Origin: a bacterium
Lineage (GTDB): Bacteria > SZUA-182 > DTGQ01 > JAFGSM01
Direction of reading: 5' to 3'
DNA: 23,988 nucleotides
Assembly (NCBI GenBank): GCA_049472315.1
Contig: JBLIRN010000043.1
Coordinates: 1 to 23,988, forward strand
Below, piece by piece: positions 8,166 to 17,384 of this stretch (positions are counted from its first letter, which is position 1; every line of letters starts with the position of its first letter). Below the pieces are notes generated by a model. The model was not told the DNA's origin and did no database searches. It saw nothing but the letters and a program-made list of their open reading frames with translations. The translations under genes and the position numbers were made by a program.

Positions 8166-9731
8166 CTATTCATATCGTACCTTATAAATTTTTGTCCAAC
8201 AGTTCCCCCAGTATTGATGCGTCATTCCGTAGTAATGATCCTGTATATTTTCAATTAATTGACATCTGTTTTCTAAAAACGTCTTTAATTCTGTATAATC
8301 AATCGCTCCGTAATCAATCTGATTTCTGCACATATAATCCCAATATTGAGTATAAATTATGTATTCTATTTTGTTGATACAGAAATAATTTTCTATTTCC
8401 ATTTTCTTTGAGAATGCATATGTTAAGTCATGTATAGAAATGTAATCATAATCATGAAAACCATACTCATAAGACAAGTCTCCAATAACGGTCTTTTTGG
8501 GAGGAATATTTTCTTTAATCCTCTTCATATAGTTATCAAAATCTGAATTTCTAAAAATATAGAATAGATATGCATTCTTCCCAATATTTATAAGAGGAAA
8601 TAATAAAAATAGAATAATTAATACAATTGCTATTTTTTTGTCAAAATAATTTATTACACCTGACAAAACCAAAAGGCCTAACATGATCACAAATGGATAT
8701 ATAACAATGATATAATGCCGGTTGTACCTTCCCAGCAAAAAAAAACCAATATTTATTGAAATTAAAATCAATAGTAATAGACGGCATCTTTTCCTCAAAT
8801 CAATATCAATGTTACGTTTATTTATTATGAATATAGAAAAAATAACAACGAACATTATAAAAGCAATATCGATACATTTGGAATGATACGGATTTCCCCA
8901 AAATATGCGATAATAATAAATAAAAAAATCTTTTATTCTGGTAATTAAATTTTTCTCTAAGCTTTTGTTTGATGCATAGGATAATATCTTATTAAAGAAT
9001 CTATTATTGCAACAAAATCTTCCTAAAAACCATAAAATAATTAGTAAAATTACGCCTGAAATCCATGGAAGGGTTTTGTTTATTTTTACATTAAAAGATT
9101 CGCAGGGATCATAATATAAGTAAAGAATAAAAACTGTAAGACATAATAGTAATGCGAGTAGATGTATTTCAAAGCCTATGCCACATAGTATTCCGATAAT
9201 AAAATGATCATACCATTTTTTGCTGCTATGTTTTTTTAAAAAAATAAAGAGGCATAACAAAAACCAAAAAGTAAACATTGCCTCAGGTCTTGCAAGATGA
9301 GAGGAATATACAACCTGTTCAGTTGTTAAGAATATAAATGTAAAAAAACATGAAAAAGATTTATTTGCTCCGAAATCTCTCATTATAAGAAAAAAAATGA
9401 TGCTACAGCCAATAATAGAGAGGAATGAAACCAATCTTGCAGCTAAAAGTGAATAGCCAAAGATTTTAAAAAAAAATTGCTGGCTGATCAGAAATAACTT
9501 ACCAAAGTAGTAGCCTTCTCTATTATCTCTACATTTATAAATAGTTAATTCCATACTTCCATCACGAAAAAGATTTTTGGTTGTATTGCTCATCCATGCT
9601 TCGTCTATATGGGACAAAGGATAGCGCGTTAGAAATAAAAAACTTGACAAGAAAAATAATAGTATTGCAATAATGCATGTATTTAAAAGTAATTGCTTAA
9701 TTATTTTATTGGCTCTAATATTATTTTTCAT
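8166..9731 (-). CDS. GT-C fold membrane glycosyltransferase (ArnT/PMT_2-like); very AT-rich
   Basis: N-terminal TM followed by a 'HIDEAW' acidic motif, 'GYSLLAARLVS', 'SHLARPEAM', many TM helices and a C-terminal soluble domain. Confidence 0.75.
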   Translation of the reverse strand: MKNNIRANKIIKQLLLNTCIIAILLFFLSSFLFLTRYPLSHIDEAWMSNTTKNLFRDGSMELTIYKCRDNREGYYFGKLFLISQQFFFKIFGYSLLAARLVSFLSIIGCSIIFFLIMRDFGANKSFSCFFTFIFLTTEQVVYSSHLARPEAMFTFWFLLCLFIFLKKHSSKKWYDHFIIGILCGIGFEIHLLALLLCLTVFILYLYYDPCESFNVKINKTLPWISGVILLIILWFLGRFCCNNRFFNKILSYASNKSLEKNLITRIKDFFIYYYRIFWGNPYHSKCIDIAFIMFVVIFSIFIINKRNIDIDLRKRCRLLLLILISINIGFFLLGRYNRHYIIVIYPFVIMLGLLVLSGVINYFDKKIAIVLIILFLLFPLINIGKNAYLFYIFRNSDFDNYMKRIKENIPPKKTVIGDLSYEYGFHDYDYISIHDLTYAFSKKMEIENYFCINKIEYIIYTQYWDYMCRNQIDYGAIDYTELKTFLENRCQLIENIQDHYYGMTHQYWGNCWTKIYKVRYE

Positions 9732-9895
9732 GTAAGTAACTCCAAGAGGCTTGACGAAGTGCTCTCAAAGTACCCGTTGGTCAATGGCAAAAAAACTTCG
9801 CCACACGCCAAAAAGCAACGCTAAGCCGATTATACTTTTTCAAGGTGAAATGGGATCCTCTCTGCGAAAAAACATTGACCTCTCTGTCGAGGAAA

Positions 9896-11800
9896 TTATG
9901 TCCAGATTGGCCCCTTATGGCCGTTTTTCCTCTTGTAGATAAAGCATCGTCCTTCAAGTGCGCCGAAGAGTTTTTTTTGGGTTACGCTCTTGTACAGAAC
10001 AAGCCCCTTTTTTTGTTCTTCCAATCCCGTACTCCCCGTAACAAAGAAATCAGCAAGGGGATGAAATTTATACCAGTTGATGGGCCTGTTAGAAGTGACA
10101 TTCTTATAAAGATCGGTTATATAATCAAAACTCTCATATTGATTAAATCCCAATCCCCCGTTTATTTTGGATGAGGGAATGCCTTCTTGAAGCAGGGCAT
10201 AGCTTTCTCTCCATTGAAGATCTATAAAAAGCCTGGAGCCCGCAATCTGATAAATGAATACCGCATATATTAGGATAAATACGGGTATCAAAATAGTCTT
10301 ATAGTCATTTATAAAGGGGAAATGACTCAAAAATACATAGATCATCAGAATGGAGATCGGATAGATATAGCGATCGTAGTGCAGTCCGATCATTATGGTC
10401 GTTATCATGAAAAATATCCCCCAGAAATAGAAAAACATGCTGCCGAGGTCATGCGTTATCGCCACACTTTTTTTGGACTGCCTGTCCTTGCTTCGTGACA
10501 ATCTCAGGCCGGATGTATGATCCGTACGTTTCCGGTTTCGGAAGGCTTGTTCCGACAGCGTTGTCAGGATAAGGATCGCACCCGTTCCGGTAAAGATGCT
10601 CAAAAGCCACGATGCCTGTTCCGGTTTCAGCACCGTGATAGTAAATACATGGGTTAATGAGCCGATGCTGAATATGCTGGGAAGATAGGGCATCAGGTGA
10701 TCACCTTGCAGGAACAGGCTGACCGTGCCAATGGAAACAACGAGGAGGGACATCCCCAGGAAGGCACAATTCGTGCACAATTCCCGTATCCTTTTCGGGC
10801 TTATGATGAGCACGGCAAAGAGGGTGATGAAGAGCGGCGCAAGGTAGAGGGGGACGTATAGGAGAAAAAACAGGGCATCATAGTAGAGTTTTATCAAAAG
10901 ATTGATAGGGCTCCGGATGTCTTTGAGAATTGTCAGATACTTGGATATGGTTTGAGCGTGGGACACGTCCGTATGTATGACATTGAATCTGAAAAGAGAC
11001 ATATAGAACAATCCAATGGCCAGCACCGGGATTGCCGCTGAAATCATGCAATGGAGCATGGTGCCCCTTTTCATTTCTTTTCTATAGAGAAGGCACAATG
11101 CCGCCAATGCCATCGACAGGGAAATGGCATGCTGCCTGGTCAGTACAGCGAGCACACCGAAGATGCTCCCTATATAGAGAAAGAGATATCGTTCCCTGCG
11201 CAGGCCCTTGATAAAAAAAAGCAGGGAAAAGACGGAATAAAACATGAAGAAGGGCTCGGTCATGTACCAGTCTATCATCTTCAGGGAGATCGGGCTGACC
11301 AGGAGGGTCAGGGAGCCGAACAGCGACAAAAAAGGACTCAGCCCCATCTCCAGGAGCAGCAGGTACATGCCGATAAGCAGCAGGAGATTGGCGATATAGA
11401 CGGATATATTGAGGACCCTGAGATGAAACCCGAAGATGTGGCAGAGGATGTTGCTGAAAAGGAGCTGGCCGATAAACGACGCTGAGGAATAGGTGATGTC
11501 GATCCGGTTCGTCTCGTATAAGACCTTGGCACATCTGGCATAGATGCCCCCGTCTCCGTGGGCGTGATTATAATCGGACGCAATGATGAGGAATGAAAGG
11601 ATGAGAAGGCACAGGATGATTCCTATAGGCCACCATTTTCCCTTCAGGATCCCCTTTGCGGCGCATGCGCTTCCCTCCTTCTGATTTTTTGTGATGGTGC
11701 TTTTATACATCTTCAAATGTTCTTCCCCTCTCCGGGGCACATGTCCCACGCCCTCCCTTCCCTTTTGAGGCTTTTTATTGGCGACGTTGCACATTCTCAT
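9896..11800 (-). CDS. GT-C fold membrane glycosyltransferase (ArnT/PMT_2-like); start uncertain
   Basis: Polytopic membrane protein with 'GDGGIY', 'FGFHLRVLN', 'YMTEPFF', 'LTRQ' and 'YDRYIYP' motifs. ATG 11800 overlaps the methyltransferase stop (ATGA); a downstream ATG near 11710 is an alternative. Confidence 0.7.
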   Translation of the reverse strand: MRMCNVANKKPQKGREGVGHVPRRGEEHLKMYKSTITKNQKEGSACAAKGILKGKWWPIGIILCLLILSFLIIASDYNHAHGDGGIYARCAKVLYETNRIDITYSSASFIGQLLFSNILCHIFGFHLRVLNISVYIANLLLLIGMYLLLLEMGLSPFLSLFGSLTLLVSPISLKMIDWYMTEPFFMFYSVFSLLFFIKGLRRERYLFLYIGSIFGVLAVLTRQHAISLSMALAALCLLYRKEMKRGTMLHCMISAAIPVLAIGLFYMSLFRFNVIHTDVSHAQTISKYLTILKDIRSPINLLIKLYYDALFFLLYVPLYLAPLFITLFAVLIISPKRIRELCTNCAFLGMSLLVVSIGTVSLFLQGDHLMPYLPSIFSIGSLTHVFTITVLKPEQASWLLSIFTGTGAILILTTLSEQAFRNRKRTDHTSGLRLSRSKDRQSKKSVAITHDLGSMFFYFWGIFFMITTIMIGLHYDRYIYPISILMIYVFLSHFPFINDYKTILIPVFILIYAVFIYQIAGSRLFIDLQWRESYALLQEGIPSSKINGGLGFNQYESFDYITDLYKNVTSNRPINWYKFHPLADFFVTGSTGLEEQKKGLVLYKSVTQKKLFGALEGRCFIYKRKNGHKGPIWT

Positions 11801-12555
11801 GTGGTCTTCTCCGTATCCTTCTTTGCGACGCAGAAAACAGAGAGTCCCAAGGGAAATGTCACTCCCTGCAATAGCAGCCTGTTTTCGAACATCAGGATCA
11901 GGTAAAAAAGGCTGTTCACCCATTCGGGCAGAGGGACCAGATCGGACCTGACATCACCGCCATGCCGGGTTCCATCCCTTCTCATCAGTCTTACCGCCAT
12001 TGCTGCAGGGAGCAGAAGGGTGTTCCGATAGGTTATCAATTCGATATCAAAACCGGCCTTCTCCAGTTTTCTGCGAATATCCCTGGCCCGATATCTCCGT
12101 TGTGTGTGCACGGCAGCGTCATGTGTACCCCGGAAACGCTCAAATGCCGGAAGGTTCAGGATCAACACACCGCCCGGTTTGAGCACCCGGTGGAACTCCT
12201 CAAGCGCCTCATCATCATCCCGCACTCCACTATGGTAGAGGACATCCAGGGAAACGAGCATGGTGAACACGTGTCTTTTGAAGGGGATGGAGCATACGGA
12301 TGCCCTGGCTGCGTTGGCGAGACCGCGCATCTTCAGGAATTTGAATGCCTCTGGGGAATAATCGATGCCGTAGGCCTCAATACACGAGAATGCATGGAGG
12401 AGCTTTCCGGTGCCGCATCCGGCATCGAGGAGACGCGGATGTTGACAGGGCCGGCCGAACCGGGAAATGCAGCGCATGACGATATCGTGCAACCCTCGGT
12501 ACCACCAGTAATACTCCTCCATTTTGAACATGACCGCGTATTCGTGCCGCTCCAT
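11797..12555 (-). CDS. Class I SAM-dependent methyltransferase
   Basis: 'EEYYWWYRG', LLDAGCGTG motif I, 'SLDVLYH', 'RVLKPGG', 'HDAAVHTQRRY'. This subfamily is commonly found in glycosylation clusters. Confidence 0.9.
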   Translation of the reverse strand: MERHEYAVMFKMEEYYWWYRGLHDIVMRCISRFGRPCQHPRLLDAGCGTGKLLHAFSCIEAYGIDYSPEAFKFLKMRGLANAARASVCSIPFKRHVFTMLVSLDVLYHSGVRDDDEALEEFHRVLKPGGVLILNLPAFERFRGTHDAAVHTQRRYRARDIRRKLEKAGFDIELITYRNTLLLPAAMAVRLMRRDGTRHGGDVRSDLVPLPEWVNSLFYLILMFENRLLLQGVTFPLGLSVFCVAKKDTEKTT

Positions 12556-13671
12556 TCAATGGCCCCCCTCCCGGATAACGGAGCAGATGGAACTGACCGT
12601 TTCCTCCCCGATCTCGGGATACAGCGGGAGGGAGAGTATATCGGACGCAAGGCGCTCCGATACAGGGAAATCCCCTTTGGCATACCCGAGCCATTGATAG
12701 GCCTCCTGAAAGTGGACAGGGAGCGGGTAATGAATGAGGGTGTGGATGCCATGGCGCTTCAATCGCTCCTGGAGCATATCCCGCCTTCGCGTCCCTATTA
12801 CGTACAGGTGAAAGACATGGCGCGCATACTGGGCGCTCCCGGGGAGGGAGATATCAGTGCACGAAAGGAGGAGGCTGTTATAAAGGTCTGCAATGTTGCG
12901 ACGCCTGCGGTTCCACACGTCCAGGTGGCGCAGCTTCACGCGCAGCACCGCCGCCTGTAATTCATCGAGCCTGCTGTTATATCCATGGATCGCGTTTCGA
13001 TATTTCTCCCTTTCCCCATAGTTTCTGAGCATCCTCAGGCGGTCGGCCAGGTTTTCATCATTCACCGTCACCATCCCTCCGTCCCCGTATGCACCAAGGT
13101 TCTTGGTGGGATAAAAGCTGAAGCAGCCCGCATCTCCGATGGTTCCTGCCTTGATGCCGCGGTATTCGGCCCCGTGGGCCTGACAGGCATCCTCGATTAC
13201 CTTGAGGCCATACCGCCGTGCAATGTCGAGGATCGGGGTCATATCCGCCGGATGCCCGTATAAATGGACGGGGATGATCGCCTTCACCCTGGTTGACTGT
13301 CGCGTGGCCAGGCAGATTTCGAGCTTCATGGGGTCCATGGTGCGGGTGTCCGGGTCCACGTCCACAAAAACCGGCCTCGCCTGTGCCGCAATAATTGCCG
13401 CCACTGTGGGCACGGCGGTATTCGGCACGGTAATCACCTCGTCGCCTGGCATAATCCCGCATGCAAGCAACGCAAGCATGATGGCATCGGTACCCGAGCC
13501 GACGCCCACCGCATATCCGGCCCTGCAATAGGCGGCAAACTCCTGCTCAAAGGACCTCACCTCCTCACCGAGCACATACCAACCCCGTGCGAGGACGCCG
13601 GCGATGGCCTCGTCGATCTCCTCCTTGATGGTCAGGTATTGTCCCTGCAAATCAAAAAATGGTATTGTCAT
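12556..13671 (-). CDS. DegT/DnrJ/EryC1/StrS-family sugar aminotransferase
   Basis: [63 protein letters not shown]. Confidence 0.95.
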   Translation of the reverse strand: MTIPFFDLQGQYLTIKEEIDEAIAGVLARGWYVLGEEVRSFEQEFAAYCRAGYAVGVGSGTDAIMLALLACGIMPGDEVITVPNTAVPTVAAIIAAQARPVFVDVDPDTRTMDPMKLEICLATRQSTRVKAIIPVHLYGHPADMTPILDIARRYGLKVIEDACQAHGAEYRGIKAGTIGDAGCFSFYPTKNLGAYGDGGMVTVNDENLADRLRMLRNYGEREKYRNAIHGYNSRLDELQAAVLRVKLRHLDVWNRRRRNIADLYNSLLLSCTDISLPGSAQYARHVFHLYVIGTRRRDMLQERLKRHGIHTLIHYPLPVHFQEAYQWLGYAKGDFPVSERLASDILSLPLYPEIGEETVSSICSVIREGGH

Positions 13672-14680
13672 GGCCGTCCTGCCAGTAGTGCGACTTGTAT
13701 TTACGATAATAGTCGATGGTCTTTCTGAGCCCCTCCTTCAGGGTATAGCGGGGCTCCCATCCGACGATCCTCCGTATCTTGGAGATGTCCGAATAAAAGT
13801 CACCCGGTTCCTGCGCTGCACGCTCCGGGGTGAAAGGGGCGAATTCCCACCTGCCGCTTCGGGCGATCCGGATGATCATCTTTGCCAGTTCCAGGAAGCT
13901 CGAGGGCGTATCATTACCCACATTGAACACCTCGCCGTATGCCTCTTCGGTTTCCGCGCACATGATCATGGCCTCGATCGCATCGTCGATATAGAGGAAA
14001 TCCCTCTTCAGTGAGCCGTCGCCGAACACCTTGATCGTTTCATTGTCGATGGCCAGCCTGATGAACCAGTTGGCAACGCCGAACCTGCTGTGCCTCATCT
14101 GCGCCCGTTCACCGTAGATGTTGGTCAGACGCAGGGTTACTGACCTCAGGGAATGGTTGTCATGGTAGATCTTGAAGAGCTTTTGGGCGGTGAGGCTGGA
14201 TAATTCATAGATCCCCTTCGGGTTGATGGGGGCCTCCTCGCTCACGGGCAGTTTTGTGGAGGGCCCGTATTCTCCACGCGTGCCGCTGAAGATGAGCCTG
14301 ACCTCGGGATTGTATCTCCTGCATGCCTCCAGGAGGATCGCCGTTCCCTTTATGTTTATGTCAATGTCCGGAAAGGGATTCGACAGGCTCAGCACATGAT
14401 CGTTCTGCCCTGCCAGGTGGAAGATGTAGTCCCTGTTGCGCACAAGGTACTTGACGCTGGTTTCATCCCTGACGTCGCTGAAATTGATGCACACCCTTTT
14501 CCTGATGGGCTTGATGTTGAAGAGGTTCCCCCCGTGGTCTTCAACCATGGCGTCCAGAAGCGTCACCCTGGCGCCGAGCTCCACGAGCCGTATCGCCAGG
14601 TTGCTTCCGATGAATCCCAATCCACCGGTGATCAGGATATCCTTATCACGTAACTGCTCTGTATATCCCTTTTTTTCCAT
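13652..14680 (-). CDS. NAD-dependent epimerase/dehydratase (extended SDR) with atypical active site
   Basis: [12 protein letters not shown]ossmann motif, [34 protein letters not shown]. The YxxxK position reads YELSS. Confidence 0.9.
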   Translation of the reverse strand: MEKKGYTEQLRDKDILITGGLGFIGSNLAIRLVELGARVTLLDAMVEDHGGNLFNIKPIRKRVCINFSDVRDETSVKYLVRNRDYIFHLAGQNDHVLSLSNPFPDIDINIKGTAILLEACRRYNPEVRLIFSGTRGEYGPSTKLPVSEEAPINPKGIYELSSLTAQKLFKIYHDNHSLRSVTLRLTNIYGERAQMRHSRFGVANWFIRLAIDNETIKVFGDGSLKRDFLYIDDAIEAMIMCAETEEAYGEVFNVGNDTPSSFLELAKMIIRIARSGRWEFAPFTPERAAQEPGDFYSDISKIRRIVGWEPRYTLKEGLRKTIDYYRKYKSHYWQDGHDNTIF

Positions 14681-15618
14681 TTCGCTTCACTCCATAGGGA
14701 CCCCTGGTGAATCTCGCGGATGATGAACTGAGGGGTCTGGTTGTTGCTCAAAAACATGCGGCCCAGGTATTCACCCAAAAGACCGAGGATGAAAAGCTGC
14801 ACCCCGGAGAAGATGATTATCATGATGGCCAGAGAGGCCCACCCCAGGGGAAGTGCGGGGTTGGCAATCCGTTCGGTTATAACCACGGTGCAGAGCAGCA
14901 TTCCGATGATGCTGAAGACAAGACCGAGCAGGAAGCTGATCCGGAGGGGGCTTACTGAAAAATTTACCGACATGTTGAGCCATAACCGGACAAGCTTGCA
15001 GAGCGTATACCCGGACCTGCCGTCCCTCCTTTTATCATGCCGTACCTGGACTGTCCCGATCCTCTGGGTGCATCGAAGGGCAAGCCCGTCGATATACGGA
15101 TACGGGCCGTCATACTTGATGATCTCCTTGACCGCAAAACGGCTCAGGCACTTGAAGCTCGACAGATAGAGCCCTTTGGGTTTATTCAAGAGCACATTGG
15201 CGATCGTGCCGTTAAACCAGCTTCCGAGGTTCCTGAGAAAATTATGCTCCTTCCTCGGGTAATGGGTGAAGACGATGTCGAGGTTTTCGCTTATCGCCTT
15301 TTGAATGAGGCGCGGGACCTCTTCAGGGGGATTCTGGAAATCGTCATCCATGATGACGACATAATCCCCATCCGCATAGTGAAGCCCGGCCATCACGGCA
15401 TTGTGCTCGCCGAAGTTTTTTGCAAGCTCGACGTATTTCACCATGGATGCATATTGCGAAACGAGGCTCAGACAGAGATCACGGCTGTTATCGGTGCTTC
15501 CGTCATTGACAAGGACAACCTGTATATTCTCCGTCTCCAGGATACCGACGAGTTTATTGACGAGTCCCCCAATCGTTCGCGCACCATTATAGACAGGAAT
15601 CACTATCGATATACGCAT
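14632..15618 (-). CDS. GT2 polyprenol-phosphate glycosyltransferase (ArnC/GtrB-like)
   Basis: ISIVIPVYN, VNDGSTDNS, KNFGEHNAVMAGL, MDDDFQNPPEE, two C-terminal TM helices and GLLGEYLGR. GGAGG RBS. Confidence 0.92.
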   Translation of the reverse strand: MRISIVIPVYNGARTIGGLVNKLVGILETENIQVVLVNDGSTDNSRDLCLSLVSQYASMVKYVELAKNFGEHNAVMAGLHYADGDYVVIMDDDFQNPPEEVPRLIQKAISENLDIVFTHYPRKEHNFLRNLGSWFNGTIANVLLNKPKGLYLSSFKCLSRFAVKEIIKYDGPYPYIDGLALRCTQRIGTVQVRHDKRRDGRSGYTLCKLVRLWLNMSVNFSVSPLRISFLLGLVFSIIGMLLCTVVITERIANPALPLGWASLAIMIIIFSGVQLFILGLLGEYLGRMFLSNNQTPQFIIREIHQGSLWSEAKWKKRDIQSSYVIRIS

Positions 15619-15821
15619 GGATCTCCTCCCTTATCATAAAGCTGGTTTCAATACGGCGTTCGTCCTCTGTCGCTTTACAATGCAAATTCGGTTACACGGC
15701 GGGAACGGGTATGTCGTTGGGTAACTTTATGAAAAAATTGTGAATTATTGTGTGATGGAAGGCCGGAGGTGAGATGAACGGGTGAGAGGATGAAAAGGAT
15801 GCTTACATCATGTAAAATTGT

Positions 15822-17249
15822 TTACTCCTCATGGAAGCTGACTATACGCTTGAGCCCCAATTTATGTATTCTGTCCTTCAGCGTGGGGCGGCTGATACCC
15901 AGGATTTTGGCCACCTGGCTTTGATTGCACTGTGTCTGTTTGAAGATTTCGACAATCAGGGTCTTTTCCGTTTCCTCGATGATGTCCTTATACAGAGCGG
16001 TGGTTTGAGTCTTCAGCTTCTGTTTGACTATCTGGCCTACCAAGCCCTGAAATTCGGCGATCAGGTCCCTTTCCTTTGATTCGACGTTTTCAGCTAGTAC
16101 GATGTGCTCGGGGAGTATGACGTTCCCCTTACAAAAAAGGAGGGCCTTTTTGATGATATTTTCCAATTCCCGGATATTGCCCGGCCAGTCGTATTCTTCC
16201 AATATCACCAATGTATCAGGGGATATGCTGATTCTATCCTTGCTAAGCTCTCTTGAGTATTTCGTTATAAAATACTGGGCAAGTAGCTGGATATCCTCCT
16301 TCCGCTCCCTCAAGGGGGGGATGGTCATGGTTACGACATTGAGCCGGTAATAGAGGTCCTCCCTGAATTTCCCCTCGCCGATCAGTTTCTCAAGGTTTCT
16401 GTTTGTCGCGGCAATCAGCCGTACATCCACCTTTATGGATTTATTGCTGCCGAGTTTCTGGAAGGTTTTGTCCTCCAGTACCCTTAAGATCTTTGACTGG
16501 GTCGAAAGAGGCATGTCCCCGATCTCATCCAAAAAGATGGTCCCGCCGTTGCATTGCTCAAGCTTTCCGATCCTGGTTTCCCGGGCATCGGTAAAGGCGC
16601 CCTTCTCATACCCGAACAACTCGCTTTCCAAAAGCGTTTCCGGTATTGCCGCCGAGTTTATGGCAAGAAAGGGCCTATCCTTTCGTTTGGAATGATGATA
16701 GATCGCACGGGCGACCAGCTCCTTGCCGGTGCCGCTCTCACCCCGCAACAAGACACCCAGATCGGTCCCCGCTGTCTGCCCGATCATTTTATAAAGCTGC
16801 TGCATCTTCCCGGAAGAGCCGACTATCGTATCACCTTGAAACTCGGCTTGCGGTTCATAGGCGACCTTTGTCTTCATCAATCTGGCCGCATCCAATGCCC
16901 TCGCGATTATCTTCTTCATCTCAGGGATTTCAAAGGGCTTTAAAACGTAATCGAACGCCCCCAGTTGCATTGCCTCTACTGCGGTTTCAATGGTGCCGTA
17001 GGCCGTCATGATGATGATTGACATGGCGGGGTCTATTCCCTTGAATGTTGAAAACGCCTCCAATCCATTCATTCCGGGCATCTTGATATCCATGATCAGG
17101 AGGTCGATGGAATTCTGCCCGGCTATGGACAGCCCTTCCTCGGCAGTACCCGCCGTAAATATCTCGTAGCCGTCTTGTGCAAGGATCTTTCTGAAGGAGG
17201 AGAGGACATTCCTTTCGTCGTCCACTATGAGTATCTTGTATGAAGGCAT
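15822..17249 (-). CDS. Second NtrC-family sigma54-dependent response regulator
   Basis: From ATG 17249: YKILIVDDE, DIKMPGMNG, GESGTGKE, GAFTDA, FLDEIGD, FREDLYYRLNV, WPGNIRELEN and HTH. The ORF-track start at 17384 is probably too far upstream. Confidence 0.95.
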   Translation of the reverse strand: MPSYKILIVDDERNVLSSFRKILAQDGYEIFTAGTAEEGLSIAGQNSIDLLIMDIKMPGMNGLEAFSTFKGIDPAMSIIIMTAYGTIETAVEAMQLGAFDYVLKPFEIPEMKKIIARALDAARLMKTKVAYEPQAEFQGDTIVGSSGKMQQLYKMIGQTAGTDLGVLLRGESGTGKELVARAIYHHSKRKDRPFLAINSAAIPETLLESELFGYEKGAFTDARETRIGKLEQCNGGTIFLDEIGDMPLSTQSKILRVLEDKTFQKLGSNKSIKVDVRLIAATNRNLEKLIGEGKFREDLYYRLNVVTMTIPPLRERKEDIQLLAQYFITKYSRELSKDRISISPDTLVILEEYDWPGNIRELENIIKKALLFCKGNVILPEHIVLAENVESKERDLIAEFQGLVGQIVKQKLKTQTTALYKDIIEETEKTLIVEIFKQTQCNQSQVAKILGISRPTLKDRIHKLGLKRIVSFHEE

Positions 17250-17384
17250 AAGCGTCACCGCGTGCACCTCACTTCCAGTCCCGTGCGGATAATGCACCGC
17301 CGTTTGTGGGGCACCTTGGAAATTTCTTCTGATAGTTGTTCCTTCTGACACCCCGCGTTGCATGGGTGTGGTATAGCCGGACAT

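Noticed and set aside
11962..12960. 332-aa plus-strand ORF and similar antisense ORFs (e.g. 1714-2667, 15037-15639, 18015-18674)
   Set aside because: They lie antisense to well-supported genes and have no recognisable motifs.
14632..14680. 49-bp overlap between the GT2 and SDR genes as a possible frameshift
   Set aside because: Both proteins appear complete and the SDR has its own RBS-like GGAG, so a short C-terminal extension suffices to explain it.
16585..16605. GAFTDA instead of GAFTGA in the second bEBP
   Set aside because: A common variant that retains the critical F and T residues; not evidence of inactivity.
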